A model generated the notes under the pieces. The model was not told the origin of the DNA and searched no databases. It saw only the letters and a program-made list of their open reading frames with translations. The translations under genes and the position numbers were made by a program. Below, in pieces: positions 37,655 to 49,369 of a stretch of 64,000 nt of DNA (positions within the stretch are counted from its first letter, which is position 1; every line of letters begins with the position of its first letter). Source of the DNA: Nemertoderma westbladi (lineage: Eukaryota; Animalia; Xenacoelomorpha); contig JAUCBJ010007776.1 in the NCBI GenBank assembly GCA_032718475.1, positions 1 to 64,000 of the forward strand, in the 5' to 3' direction.

Positions 37655-40600
37655 CCGCTCCCAGAAAATGGGATTTAAGTCTATAAAATATACAAAATCA
37701 CAGTTTCTAAAATACGAGAATACTCTAAACAGTTAGTCTTTCTTGCGCAGACGGCGTTTACGCAGTTTTTTAAAGCTAGCAAGAGTCTTTTTCTCTTTGG
37801 GGCGAGCCACTTTACAAGGAGGGCTATAACTCCTGGGTGAAGGGTGCAATATGATTGCATCAGAAGGCGTGGGATTATAGTCGGGGTATCCGCCGTTTCA
37901 ATATGTTTCTCCTCGAGCTGATTTTCCTCCACTCATCGTTGGATACGTTCGTCTAAAACTCTCGCCGAGAATAGGGTCGTCTAAGTTCAATATCGTCTTA
38001 GAGACTATGGATTTCCCAATCGAACTGGGATAAAGCCAATCCGTTTACCGCTTGGACTTGCTGTTATAATTTAGGTTTATCTGAGCAAACGTAGATTTCT
38101 TTTCTGATCTTTGTAGAATAGCGTCTATCTCTTTTCGTACAACGCTCTCCTCCACCTTGATGACAGGTGGTATCGTGTTAAACGGGAACGATTCCGATTA
38201 TACGATTGAATGGCGATATCGGGTGCCCGTGCCCCAATCCGGCCAGGTAAGATGGGCGGATATTTAGGGAGCCCACAACCTGAGTGCCACCGACTAATGG
38301 TTCGGGTAACACTGGATCTCTGAACGGTAAGTACAGTTCGTGATAATCCGTGATACTGTTAGGATCAAGAGTCTGAGGTCTAACTAAGGAATGAGGAGGT
38401 CTGACCGAGCATTCCGGAACTCAGATCATAGGTCTACTCAAGGATCGCCTGAGTCGAGAGAGCGTGGGTAACACATCGAACAAGTTTCTCCCGAAACTCC
38501 CGCAAACACAGCGAGCAAACCGCGTTCAAAGCAACGTCTCCACTGGTGTTCATGTCTTTCCGTTTGTTGGTTGGTCTAGGGCATTTATCGTAATAATACC
38601 AAAGACGCACGTCTTGTAGGGGAAACGCGGATGATATTTATTTGTTGTTACAATGCTTCTATCAAGAATTCCAAATATATGTTGGAGTTACCGCGTTTAT
38701 TTGTTTCTTTAATGTCTTTTCTTTTGAGTCGATTTCGAATAGGATTTTCGCATTAGAATTTTGGTTTATCGTTTCGACTCCTCTGGGTAGGATATGTTCG
38801 ACATAGTCCGTATCGTGTAAATCGATAGAATGGTTAAGAAGTCCATATACATACCATTACAATGCGTGTAGCGAGCGGTGAATTTTCCATAGTCCAATTC
38901 ACGCGTAAGTTACTTCCAGGAAATCGTAGGTTCGATATAACAACCATCCTCCTTCGTAGTAGTTGGACTAGTATCACCGCGTATCAAGCTATCAACAAAC
39001 GCTTGAAAGTAGATTATATCGCTCCCTGATACCAAGACCATCTTCTATCAACTCCGTCATATCTGCTATATATGAGTTTATTAATATTATAATGAGTTTA
39101 TATTTAGGCTAGCGAGCGTCGCTGCCTACCCCAATCCGCCCCCGGACAGTGCGAGATCCTCAGCACCGATGTGTCGTCGCCGCTGTACTTTCGCCAACGA
39201 CGTAGCCGCACAACGACAACGACAACCGGTACAAGTCACTCGACTGTCCGTCCCAAAGGCTTAGATACACCTCAGGTTCTTACTGGAGAGTTAGGGTTAC
39301 TTTCACAATTGCGACTCGCTACTGTAAACACACCTTAGTAGTAACATTCGCCTATAAACTCACAAATACCACACACACAACTTGTCACAAATTAGTCAAT
39401 GCCTTCCAGAATGTCACTGTATTATTATGTATCCTTGGATACTATCAGTGCACTATTTATTCCCTATGCTATTCAATGGGACAAGCTTTCTATTGTTCTT
39501 TTAACTCAATTCTAATTCTAGCGTGGTTGTTGCTATGGTGACATTATGTAAAGCTAGCGGTAGAATTAGGGTAATTCCAATGCATACAGATCTGGGATGT
39601 TATTTAATAGTAATTCTTTAATGGTCAATGTCCTGTTTTATACATGACTTTATGAATTTTATCGGCTATTGACTATGTTTGGGAGACTTCGCACACTCAT
39701 ACTCATAATAAGATAAATCTCCGCTCCCTTGATCTATTAATTAATGGAATTTTGGGAATGTTATAAATTGCGTAAAAATGGCAATTTATTAAATTCATTA
39801 AAAGGCATGAATTTAAATTTATTCCCTGAAATTTTATTATTTGATAATTAAATGGACATATTTTGATTCTAGAACATGTCTGGGGACACAAGATCCTTAA
39901 TTCTATGAAAATTGTCTTTTTAAGAATATCGGTAAATGCTACGATATCTTAATTGACTAGAATTGTTGAAGGATCTGAATTTTACAGATTTGATTTATTA
40001 GATTTACAAATATTAAATAATTAATATTTGAGATGGGCACCAATTTATTCCAGAACTTGTCTGGGGACGTTAACCACTGATTCTAAAATTTGTCTTTCAA
40101 GTATATCGGTGGGTGCCGCGATATCTTAATCGACTAGAATTGCAGATGGTCAAAGGGTTTAACAGATTTATTTTGCGTTATACGCTACTGTTAAAGGGAC
40201 ATCACGCTACTATATGTATTATTTAATATACGGTATGAGAGCAATATCGCACGAAGCAATGTCAGTGTGAAGAGGCAAGTCGTTTCCAAGGTCTACCCAG
40301 AGCTTGGTTTAGCCGAGACACGAGGATCTGAACTTTGCATTCCTAATACTCTGCCTACCAATAATACTTAAATATAGTAGTGGCTTTATTGTACTTTAAT
40401 AAGTACGGATATTTCATCTTACTGTAGTCACGTATTGATAATGTAATACGGGCAGTAAGGAAAGAGAAAAAGAATTATTTCTCGCCGTCGCACTAAATAT
40501 ATAATATACGTAATTAAATAATAAACGCGAATATATATTGCACTAATCTACTAAATAATCTCTAAAATACCATACTACTAAATAAAATTAAATAAAACGA

Positions 40601-40689
40601 TTAAAATAAAATTACATAATAATACATACATAAATATAAAAATAAAACAAATACAAAATAATAGAGTCACACACCCACTCCATATGTTG

Positions 40690-43600
40690 TTACGTTATGG
40701 AGTCCCTAGATGTTTGAAGGATTAGGGAGGTGGTCGTGGGAAGAGAATCTTGCCTTCCACAGTTTCCGGAGAGTCCTCCATTCCCTTCCGGTAAACACAA
40801 ACGACCGACTGGGTGATTGAGTCGCTGCATCCCGAATACAATTCCAGGTTTCCTCTTCGTCCTGGAATAGTGACGATAGAAACATCGCTCTAAGTACACG
40901 ACGGCCTTACAAAGCCGATTCCAGGAGCTATAGTGGTCCGTCGCTCCCTGCAGGAGAGGTGAGAGTCCCTGCGAGACGTCTGATGTTCCAGAGCTCCAAT
41001 CGCTCTCTCTGATCTTCATGAAGGATCCACTCGCGGTGGGGAGGTCCAGATCCACGGCGTCGTCCCTGGCAATATGTAATACCGACAGATCTATCCCGGG
41101 TTCAAATAACTCCGATCCACCCGTCCGGGTTTTAGGTTTGACTTTCTCCGCTCCCTTGGCTGGTCTAATCTCAGTCGGAGTAAGATGGGGAGGCCATTCA
41201 TCCTCCTTACTCAAGAAGTCGGGTTCACCTAACCGGTCTGTAGTATCTGTCAGTTCTTGAGGAGTTGCTCCTCTGGAAGCGATGTCAGTTGGATTAAACT
41301 TCTTGGGGCAATATCTCCATTGATCTACATTGGAGCTAATATCGTCATTATCTGAGGAGTATGGTGTTCCCTCTGTTGGGTCGTCTCCCTCACTAGTATC
41401 ATCTTCCCATTCACTCACCTGGCGGACGCGATCTTGAAGCAGTCTTTCTCTGAGCGTTCTTCGGGAAGGTCCAGTAAGGTACCAACCTACTCTAGTTCTT
41501 ACCGCATAGGTCTGAAGTGGTTGCGGTTGAGCAGGTCGTTTCTCCAATGTCTCCAGCGCCTCATGCGCGTTTTGACCGATTAATATTTGTACTCCAGGAT
41601 AATCGGTGTCGAATCTAGAGATGTTAAGTTGTTGGGCATGATCATCTTCGTCCCAATTATAAGGTTCCACTTGGGTGGTAGCGAAGTTCTTTATTGCCAC
41701 CATTTTGACTGACCTTATACTGTATTCTCCTAGTTTATCCTGTGGAGTGGACAACTCACCTATATAATAGTCGGCAGCTACAGTAGAATTCCAAACCTGC
41801 ATGATCCCTGACATGTTTAGCTTGGTTCGGAACTTGGGTTGTCCAGCAAAGATGACTTCGGCTAGTTCTTTATCGATGAATGTTCCTGTGCTACCGGAGT
41901 CCAGGAGAGCGTTCACTATATAGCTCTTCTGAGGTCCGTGGACCCGTAACTGGACTACAGGAAATTCTCGGATTCCTATATTGGAAGTTGGCGCTTTCCA
42001 AGATGGTTGTTGATCAGAAGTAGTTAAGGTAAGGTCGCTGTCTGTGTCTTTCTCATGCACGAGTGCTCGATACACTGCGGTGGTGTTTATTAGGTAACAG
42101 GATTCGTTTTGGTCGGAGAACTCGTCCGTATAGAATCCTTCCATCTCAGATTGATCAGTGTCGTTCACATCACTGAATTGGACATGTAGTTGTTCGGACT
42201 CACTTACCTGACTCGGGCTGCTTCGTTCGAATTCAGTGTGCAACAAGATATGATGTTTTGCACCGCACTTTGCACACCTTGCGTCGGAGTAACAGGTTCG
42301 CCGTTGGTGTCCTCGTCTGAGGCAATTATAACACAACCGCTTATCCCACATGACTTCCCGTCTCTCTTTTAATGATTTCTTTAAGAATTCATCGCACATA
42401 TTCAAGCGGTGGGGCCCGTCGCACAGCACACATTTGGGTTTGATGTTACTTACTTTAACCTGTGCTGTGTGGTGCACACTTGTTCTTTCCTCGGGCTTTC
42501 TTACATGAATTCTCTTGGGAGACGTAGGAGGGGTTTTTCTTACTGGTTCTCTTCTGTCATGGGGTCGAGACTTGAATTTACTTACCTGTTCTATAGGCGC
42601 TTTGTTGTCATAGTAAGATCTTTCAGTGTCTTTCCCGCTATCATCCCCTTGGGAAGCTTGGCTTTCGCCGTCGTCGGTATAACACACTGGTGTTACCTTT
42701 CTTCTGGAGACGGGTTTCTCACTTACCTTGTTTTCCGATGTCTTCTCTCTGGACTGCTTTATGAGCTGTAATTTCACTTCGCCATCCAAGAATGACATGA
42801 GATCAGTCATGGTAGGGTCTCGTTGTTGTTGTTCCATCATGTATAACACTTTCTTGTCCCAGCGTGTACCTACTCCACCCTTCGGTAAAGTAGAAGCCAC
42901 TGCTCTAATAACCATAGCACTCTGATACTCATGAGACTTACCTAGCCAATCTAATTGTCTGCAGATCTCCTGAATTTCATCGGAAAACTCTATAATCCCG
43001 CTGCTAATAAACTTTCGGGGCGCTACCAACTTTGCATACAAATACCCAGCTATGTTATTCCTATTACCATACCTGATGTTTAGTGTATCCCAAACTTGTC
43101 TTAATCCGTCTGGATGTCCAATAAACCTTAACGCCATTAACTTGGGAGATCCTTCCAAGCACTCGATGAGGAATCTAAGTTTCTCTCCATTAGATAGTAC
43201 AGAGTTCTGTATGTTATCTTTGTAATATTCATTAAAAGGTAACCATTTCATCTCATCTCCATTGAACTTGACGATCTCTCCCACCTTCACCGCTTGCCGG
43301 GCTTCGGTTCTAGCCATTTGACGCGTAAAACTTTCTTGGGCCATCGTGTTATTTAATATCGAGTTATCGGTATATAAATTTCTCGGATTATGATCAGGTC
43401 TATAGGGAATGTCATTATCAACAGGTCTATAATTACCCTTAATAGGGTTCACTATAGGAGTTTCTACTTCGCTAGCAGTATATATGCGTGTAGGCTCCAC
43501 ACCTTGCGCATGAGATACTTCAGACCTAACAGGTTGACACATTGTTACCGAGGGTGGTGGTATACCCCTTTGTGTATTTACTAATTTATCGCGTTCTAGC

Positions 43601-45054
43601 GCGATACTTTGCTGCACTTCTTGCAACTCTAGCCTACTTTCCCTTACTGTGCCCTTGAATTGCTGAACAGTCTCCTGCATCTGCCCGAGCAGGAGATCCA
43701 TCCCCCGCCGTCTCTCGTCCACCCATTCGACCGCCGAAGCGGGAGTCGCCAATGTTGTAGCGGGCGGACGAGGGACAACGGGCGACAAATCATGAATATT
43801 TCGCTCGGGGTCCAGGACCTGAACTGTCTCCTGGGCAGTTCTACTGGGCACAGGTAGCTTAGTGCTATGCAGAGGGAATTTGGAGGTAGCTTCAGGGAGC
43901 ACAGGTGTGTCTATCACCGAAGGGGTGATTTCAAGAACAGGCCTAATTATTTCAGGCTCATCTACTATAGTAGGGAGTCTTTCTATTTTAATTATTTGGT
44001 CTGTGGGTTCTGTACTACCTAAGTTGGTGCTATTTAGTTGCCTTCTAACAGCTGGAGGCAAATCAGGCAATTTCTGACGGTGGGATGTTCTTCTACGTCT
44101 GCTTAGACGAGATCTATTTCTTTTGCCTTCAGTATCGGTGGTATCGCCTTCCTCAGATGATGTATATCCCTGCCTTTTGGGAGTAGATCGATTCATCATC
44201 TGCATATTACTAGCTGTTAACTGTTTATTTATGCAGTCTTGATTCTCCTGAATGTTTTCCAATTCTAATTGGGTGGTTTCTTCGGCCGCTTTCCGTTCTG
44301 CTTCTGCCACTTTTGCCTCTGCCGCTGCCTCTGCCGCTGCCGCTTTTCTTTCTGCTTCTGCAGCTACCACTGCTGCTTTCTTTCTGTCTTCTATACGTTT
44401 TCTCTTTACTTGTTCTTCTTGGACTCGTGTGATGCAGAGTTGTTCATCAAAATTAGCCTGATTCGCAGCCCTCATTTCCACATCGATGGCATCCAACACA
44501 CGCTGAGTTCCTTCACTATTAGGGCTAAGTCCATCTAACCTTCTCCTCAACTCGTCATCACCTAAAAAACGTTGATAGTCTGACAGATAGATGTCAATGG
44601 CATCCCTCTTATGCGGTTTCTCTGCTGTCGCTTCGCTTTCTTCTTGAGAAAAAGTGGCGTTGGTTGATTCTTCATAGGTTGGCCGTTCATCATAAACCGT
44701 ATCCGCCATCTTCGCTCCGTGTTCGGGCGTCCGCTCAACAGTATCCGAACTACTGGAGCTGTCGGACCGCTGAGAAATAAGTTCTTGGCTCGCGGGTTGT
44801 TGCTGTTCCGCTGCTTCTTGGTCTCGCTTGACCTGAGCTCGAGTGCCTATGATAGACCTACGATGTTGGACCAGCCTCGGTTCTGTTATTACTACTGTAG
44901 GGATGACCTTGCTTACAGTAGGAGGGGACTTGGACTTTGGTCTCAGACGCTCTATACTCTTAGCTGAGTCCCAGATCTTTTTAAGACCCTGTCTAACACT
45001 CATTCTAGCACTTTCTAAGAGGCTATCTGACAATGTTTGTTTTGTGTCAGACAT
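40690..45054 (-). CDS. BEL/Pao Gag-protease polyprotein with a fused RNase H C-terminal remnant (1454 aa)
   Basis: DUF1759-like Gag core (KFNGD..KWLPF...EKLRFLIECLEG...RYG); triple zinc knuckle CVLCDGPHRLNMC / CYNCLRRGHQRRTC / CAKCGAKHHILLH; aspartic protease ALLDSGS; then WRYCPKKFNPTDIASRG and YSSWNRL. No YxDD RT motif or integrase motifs seen. Confidence 0.9.
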   Translation of the reverse strand: MSDTKQTLSDSLLESARMSVRQGLKKIWDSAKSIERLRPKSKSPPTVSKVIPTVVITEPRLVQHRRSIIGTRAQVKRDQEAAEQQQPASQELISQRSDSSSSSDTVERTPEHGAKMADTVYDERPTYEESTNATFSQEESEATAEKPHKRDAIDIYLSDYQRFLGDDELRRRLDGLSPNSEGTQRVLDAIDVEMRAANQANFDEQLCITRVQEEQVKRKRIEDRKKAAVVAAEAERKAAAAEAAAEAKVAEAERKAAEETTQLELENIQENQDCINKQLTASNMQMMNRSTPKRQGYTSSEEGDTTDTEGKRNRSRLSRRRRTSHRQKLPDLPPAVRRQLNSTNLGSTEPTDQIIKIERLPTIVDEPEIIRPVLEITPSVIDTPVLPEATSKFPLHSTKLPVPSRTAQETVQVLDPERNIHDLSPVVPRPPATTLATPASAVEWVDERRRGMDLLLGQMQETVQQFKGTVRESRLELQEVQQSIALERDKLVNTQRGIPPPSVTMCQPVRSEVSHAQGVEPTRIYTASEVETPIVNPIKGNYRPVDNDIPYRPDHNPRNLYTDNSILNNTMAQESFTRQMARTEARQAVKVGEIVKFNGDEMKWLPFNEYYKDNIQNSVLSNGEKLRFLIECLEGSPKLMALRFIGHPDGLRQVWDTLNIRYGNRNNIAGYLYAKLVAPRKFISSGIIEFSDEIQEICRQLDWLGKSHEYQSAMVIRAVASTLPKGGVGTRWDKKVLYMMEQQQRDPTMTDLMSFLDGEVKLQLIKQSREKTSENKVSEKPVSRRKVTPVCYTDDGESQASQGDDSGKDTERSYYDNKAPIEQVSKFKSRPHDRREPVRKTPPTSPKRIHVRKPEERTSVHHTAQVKVSNIKPKCVLCDGPHRLNMCDEFLKKSLKERREVMWDKRLCYNCLRRGHQRRTCYSDARCAKCGAKHHILLHTEFERSSPSQVSESEQLHVQFSDVNDTDQSEMEGFYTDEFSDQNESCYLINTTAVYRALVHEKDTDSDLTLTTSDQQPSWKAPTSNIGIREFPVVQLRVHGPQKSYIVNALLDSGSTGTFIDKELAEVIFAGQPKFRTKLNMSGIMQVWNSTVAADYYIGELSTPQDKLGEYSIRSVKMVAIKNFATTQVEPYNWDEDDHAQQLNISRFDTDYPGVQILIGQNAHEALETLEKRPAQPQPLQTYAVRTRVGWYLTGPSRRTLRERLLQDRVRQVSEWEDDTSEGDDPTEGTPYSSDNDDISSNVDQWRYCPKKFNPTDIASRGATPQELTDTTDRLGEPDFLSKEDEWPPHLTPTEIRPAKGAEKVKPKTRTGGSELFEPGIDLSVLHIARDDAVDLDLPTASGSFMKIRESDWSSGTSDVSQGLSPLLQGATDHYSSWNRLCKAVVYLERCFYRHYSRTKRKPGIVFGMQRLNHPVGRLCLPEGNGGLSGNCGRQDSLPTTTSLILQTSRDSIT

Positions 45055-46375
45055 GTTTGTTTGATTGTACAGTTGAATGCCTACTGCTATATTACAGTCT
45101 AAGCAAGTCTAGTAATTCAGTATTAACTGCTAGCCTAGTAATTAATTACCGATACTGCTACTCAGTGTAGCGTGATATATATAATATATTAGAATACCGG
45201 TATGCTTATAGTATATATAACTATATAAGTATTATTACAGACTAGGTTTATCACAGAATACCGGTATAATTTTAGCACAAATATATATAAATATATAATA
45301 GGCCTATCGGGAATACCGGTATACAGCTTACAGTTTGTAGTATATATAATTCTGGACTAGAATTAATTACAAGTACCGGTATAATTTCAGCCTAAATTTA
45401 TAGAAATAAAGATAATAGGCCTATCGTAAATACCGGTATATCAATTATTTTAAATAATTGAATTTCTGAATTTTAGGGTTACTTGGTTACTTTACTTACT
45501 TTATTACCGTTATTTGAGCAGTAATCCAACTGATATTGAGACCTAATGGTTGTATGGTAGGCCTACTATTTATAAATCGTTAGATTTGATTTATAATATA
45601 TATATACCCGTTTTAATGGGTTTTGTCGATGTTTGAAATAAATGTTATTATTTCTGGGGAGTAATCACTACACAAAGCAGTGCGCTTTCAGTGAAGTGTT
45701 ACTTATAAGACACTAAAACAAATAATACTAATTTACCTAAGTTACTTAATACTACAAATTACGTACAATTCGGGTGAGATTACAATCTCTAAATAAACAC
45801 AAAAATTTACAAAAACACAAAATACGAATTTTCAGGGTAATTTTACAAGAAGTCTACAAACCAGCCTAACAAAGGGTTAGAATTCTGGTTATTACAACAG
45901 ACAGGGTACTGCGGTATTTGAAAATAATACGTAGTAGTAAATACACTGCGTTGTCCAGATAGGAAAATACCACCGCCTGACGACCTATAGCCGTATCGCT
46001 ATAGGTACTACGTTATGTATCACGGAGTGTTCCTACCTAGAAGTTAATAGAGCTAATCGAACGTGCCTATCAACCACTTTACAACACAAATATAATGCCT
46101 ACACTAATTACTTTCGGAAAGCACTGTACACTAAACCCTAAATTAGGTACGAGTACTTGTACAACATATAATCAGTAGTTAAATATACTTGAACAGCTAA
46201 AAGAACCACGGCATCTGCTGGAGTGACCGGTGCACAAAATCACCAGTCTTTACCTACGCCAAGCAGCCCGTGTAGTACCGGGGTTAATTTAACTATAACG
46301 GTATGTATAACAAACACAATTATTGTAGGAACAAACTTGGGGAATGAATGTTGCGAATAATCGCATAAACTCTGA

Positions 46376-46950
46376 ATAATAAATATTACGCTACGCGTAC
46401 AAACCACTCAAACAAAATGCAGACCAAACACTGACAGACTACTATCAAGCCTAAATAAACTACAGGACATGCAGACTCCGAAATGATTAGGTAGTATGCG
46501 TTCTAACCCAGTAGTACGACTTATTCTTTAGTTGGGGGTTTACCTTACAGCATTGGCTGCCCCTACTTCCTAACCGTTCTTTATCGGACAGAGGCTCTAC
46601 ATACACTGCAATCCGTTCAGACCTAATAACAGCCAGACAACTATCCAGCCTACAAATTATCTAAATAAATATTATACGCTACCCGTACAGACTTACACAA
46701 ACAAAGTACAGACTAAACGATGGCAGACTACTCTCAAGCCTAAATAAACTACAGGACATGCAGACTCCGAAATGATTAGGTAGTATGCGTTCTAACCCAG
46801 TAGTACGACTTATTCTTTAGTTGGGGGTTTACCTTACAGCATTGGCTGCCCCTACTTCCTAACCGTTCTTTATCGGACAGATGATCTACACACACTGCAA
46901 TCCATTCAGACTTAACAACAATCAGACAACAGCTCAGCCTACAAATTGTC
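46376..46950. repeat. Tandem duplication (period 289 bp) in the BEL 5' leader
   Basis: tcaagcctaaataaactacaggacatgcagactccg... at 46445 and 46734. Confidence 0.9.
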
Positions 46951-47310
46951 TGTACAATCTGATCAGGCTTACACGCCTTCTGTTCAATACTGGCCTACAA
47001 ACAAATAAAACTTGACAGAAATAAGTAAAAATCTCAATAAAAAACCAGGGCGGCCGTTCCCTGATTAAGTACTAAGACCTACCGGTATATAACTATCAAA
47101 TTCGAATAATACTAATGTACTTATACTGGAAGTACCGGTTAGGACAGTTGGGCCTACGGACCTACAGAAGTACCGGTTCTGGTAGTTGGACCTACGGACC
47201 TACGGCAGTACCGGTTCTGGCAGTTGGGCCTACTGACCTACAGATGTACCGTGCAGGTTTACCGGTTGACCGGTACTTTCAACTTTATTGCTTACTGCAA
47301 TAAAGAAGCA

Positions 47311-47321
47311 ATATCCGTTAT
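47311..47321 (-). promoter_or_regulatory. Candidate non-tRNA primer-binding site ATAACGGATAT, complementary to an 11-mer within the LTR
   Basis: Directly abuts the 5' LTR end. Its complement lies at 48069-48079 (and 37224-37234). No TGG-type tRNA primer-binding site nearby. Confidence 0.5.
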
Positions 47322-48499
47322 TGTTCACGCTTTCAGACCTTTGGCAGTTTAACCCGCCAAATTAGGATGTCTTCTAGATAATAAATTGCTTTTAGCCTCT
47401 GACAAGTATTTGATTCACTACACTAGTCGAAACCAATCTGTGCGCGATCATTCACCCGCTGGATATACCCGGGAGATTGGGTTCGACGGCTTAATCGTAT
47501 TGCTATGTAAGCCTACTGTATTATTCGACTGATCGTATTATATAATCTCTGACAATATTATTCACCTTCGGGAATATTAACAGTTCCTTTAGGACGTGGC
47601 GCTCTATCTATATAAACAGAGTTATGACTTAAACTACTCACAACGATATGGCTTAGTTATAATTCACATATATGGCGCATTCTTTAGGAAATGCTTCGTT
47701 ATCAGTCTCACTCATACACAATGCTGCACAATACTGCACACTAATCTGCCGATCTTCACTGATTTTAGTCACATATAAAAGGAACACGGACCGAATCATG
47801 TAGGGTCTATCAAATAACATTAGATTCACTTCAAACCACTTTAACATAAGTCACAATCGTTATATGTAACCTTTCTCTCTTACCTTCGGTATATCAAGAA
47901 TATTGGGTTTCGGGGTTTTTTATCGTTATTCCAAATATAATAATTCATCAACCATATTATGAAGAACTGACAGTAAATAGCAGTATAACAATATAAAAGT
48001 ATGCACAGGTATGTTTGATTAGGTATGTTGAGTTGCATGAGTTGTGACAATCAGTCAGTTTTGTTATGATAACGGATATATGTCCTTATAATTAAGCCTA
48101 CTAGTGTAAGGCAGAGCCGTTCTTCCTGGCTTAGAATCACCAACACTGAACACTGATAAGAATAACTATAAGAATACCAGCTACCCTTATTCTACAAGAT
48201 CTCACTCACCACAGAGAATGAGCATACAGATAGGAAATTCAGTTCAGTAGATCTGTGATAGGTCAAAATCAAAACCAACTCAAATCCTATTGGCAGATAC
48301 AGAAAGCAGGGCTATGGGGCAACCTTCCCAAGCTGGTTGGACGATCGAACATAGCCCAGATCCCTTCATACAGCAAATCAGCCAATCAGCCGGTAGCTTG
48401 CACTATTCGAGCTAGAGATCCCTTTTAGAGTATTCCAGCGCCTTGGGGGGAACTGGTTAGCAAAGCAAACGAATCAGTTATCCCACAAAAGCTTTTACA
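47322..48499 (-). repeat. 5' LTR (1178 bp)
   Basis: Differs from the 3' LTR at 47327, 47918 and 48421 (by eye). Confidence 0.97.
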
Positions 48500-48962
48500 C
48501 AATGTTACAGTAACCAATGTTACAGTAACCAATGTTACAGTAACCAATGTTACAGTAACCAATGTTACAGTAACCAATGTTACAGTAACCAATGTTACAG
48601 TAACCAATGTTACAGTAACCAATGTTACAGTACAGTAACCAATGTTACAGTAACCAATGTTACAGTAACCAATGTTACAGTAACCAATGTTACAGTAACC
48701 AATGTTACAGTAACCAATGTTACAGTAACCAATGTTACAGTAACCAATGTTACAGTAACCAATGTTACAGTAACCAATGTTACAGTAACCAATGTTACAG
48801 TAACCAATGTTACAGTAACCAATGTTACAGTAACCAATGTTACAGTAACCAATGTTACAGTAACCAATGTTACAGTAACCAATGTTACAGTAACCAATGT
48901 TACAGTAACCAATGTTACAGTAACCAATGTTACAATAACCAATGTTACAGTAACCAATGTTA
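48500..48962. repeat. 15-bp minisatellite (agtaaccaatgttac), right part
   Basis: Direct reading; a 5-nt slip at about 48631. Confidence 0.95.
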
Positions 48963-49369
48963 AATATTTGAATACAGTGTTATTATTGTTGTTGAAACAA
49001 AATTAGTTTATTTAATAAATTTGTATTTTTTATGAATTTGTAAGAATAAATATTGAAATTGAAGGTGGGATCGAAGTATTGAACTATTATTGATAGTCTT
49101 TAATTTGTTAATATGCGGTAGAACTGATAGTTTTATGTTACTATGCGGTAGAACTGATAGTTTTATGTTACGGAATTTAATTGCTAATATTGTAGATCCA
49201 CGTTTACTAAATTAATTTGCCTCTTTGTTTTCGTTTTGTAAATTTTACCAATATTGTTAGACTATTTCTAAGTAAATAATAGTAAATTACTGCTTATATT
49301 ATGTCATATTTCAGAAGGTATCACAATAAATATATTATTTAAAATAATTTATAAGTTTTATTGTTAAAC

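Larger units (their letters stand above)
36477..48499 (-). mobile_element. BEL/Pao LTR retrotransposon, 12023 bp, non-autonomous (Gag-protease only), recent insertion
   Basis: Two 1178-bp LTRs with TG...CA ends and only 3 substitutions seen. 5-bp TSD CAATG (36472-36476, 48500-48504). Short purine-rich tract gggagcgg before the 3' LTR. BEL-type Gag. Confidence 0.95.

Noticed and set aside
41018-45064. Many short + strand ORFs opposite gag
   Set aside because: Antisense shadows of the long minus-strand ORF.
46290-46302. taactataacggt, resembling a conserved large-subunit rRNA segment (start of the I-CeuI site)
   Set aside because: Only 13 nt with no flanking rRNA similarity; consistent with chance.
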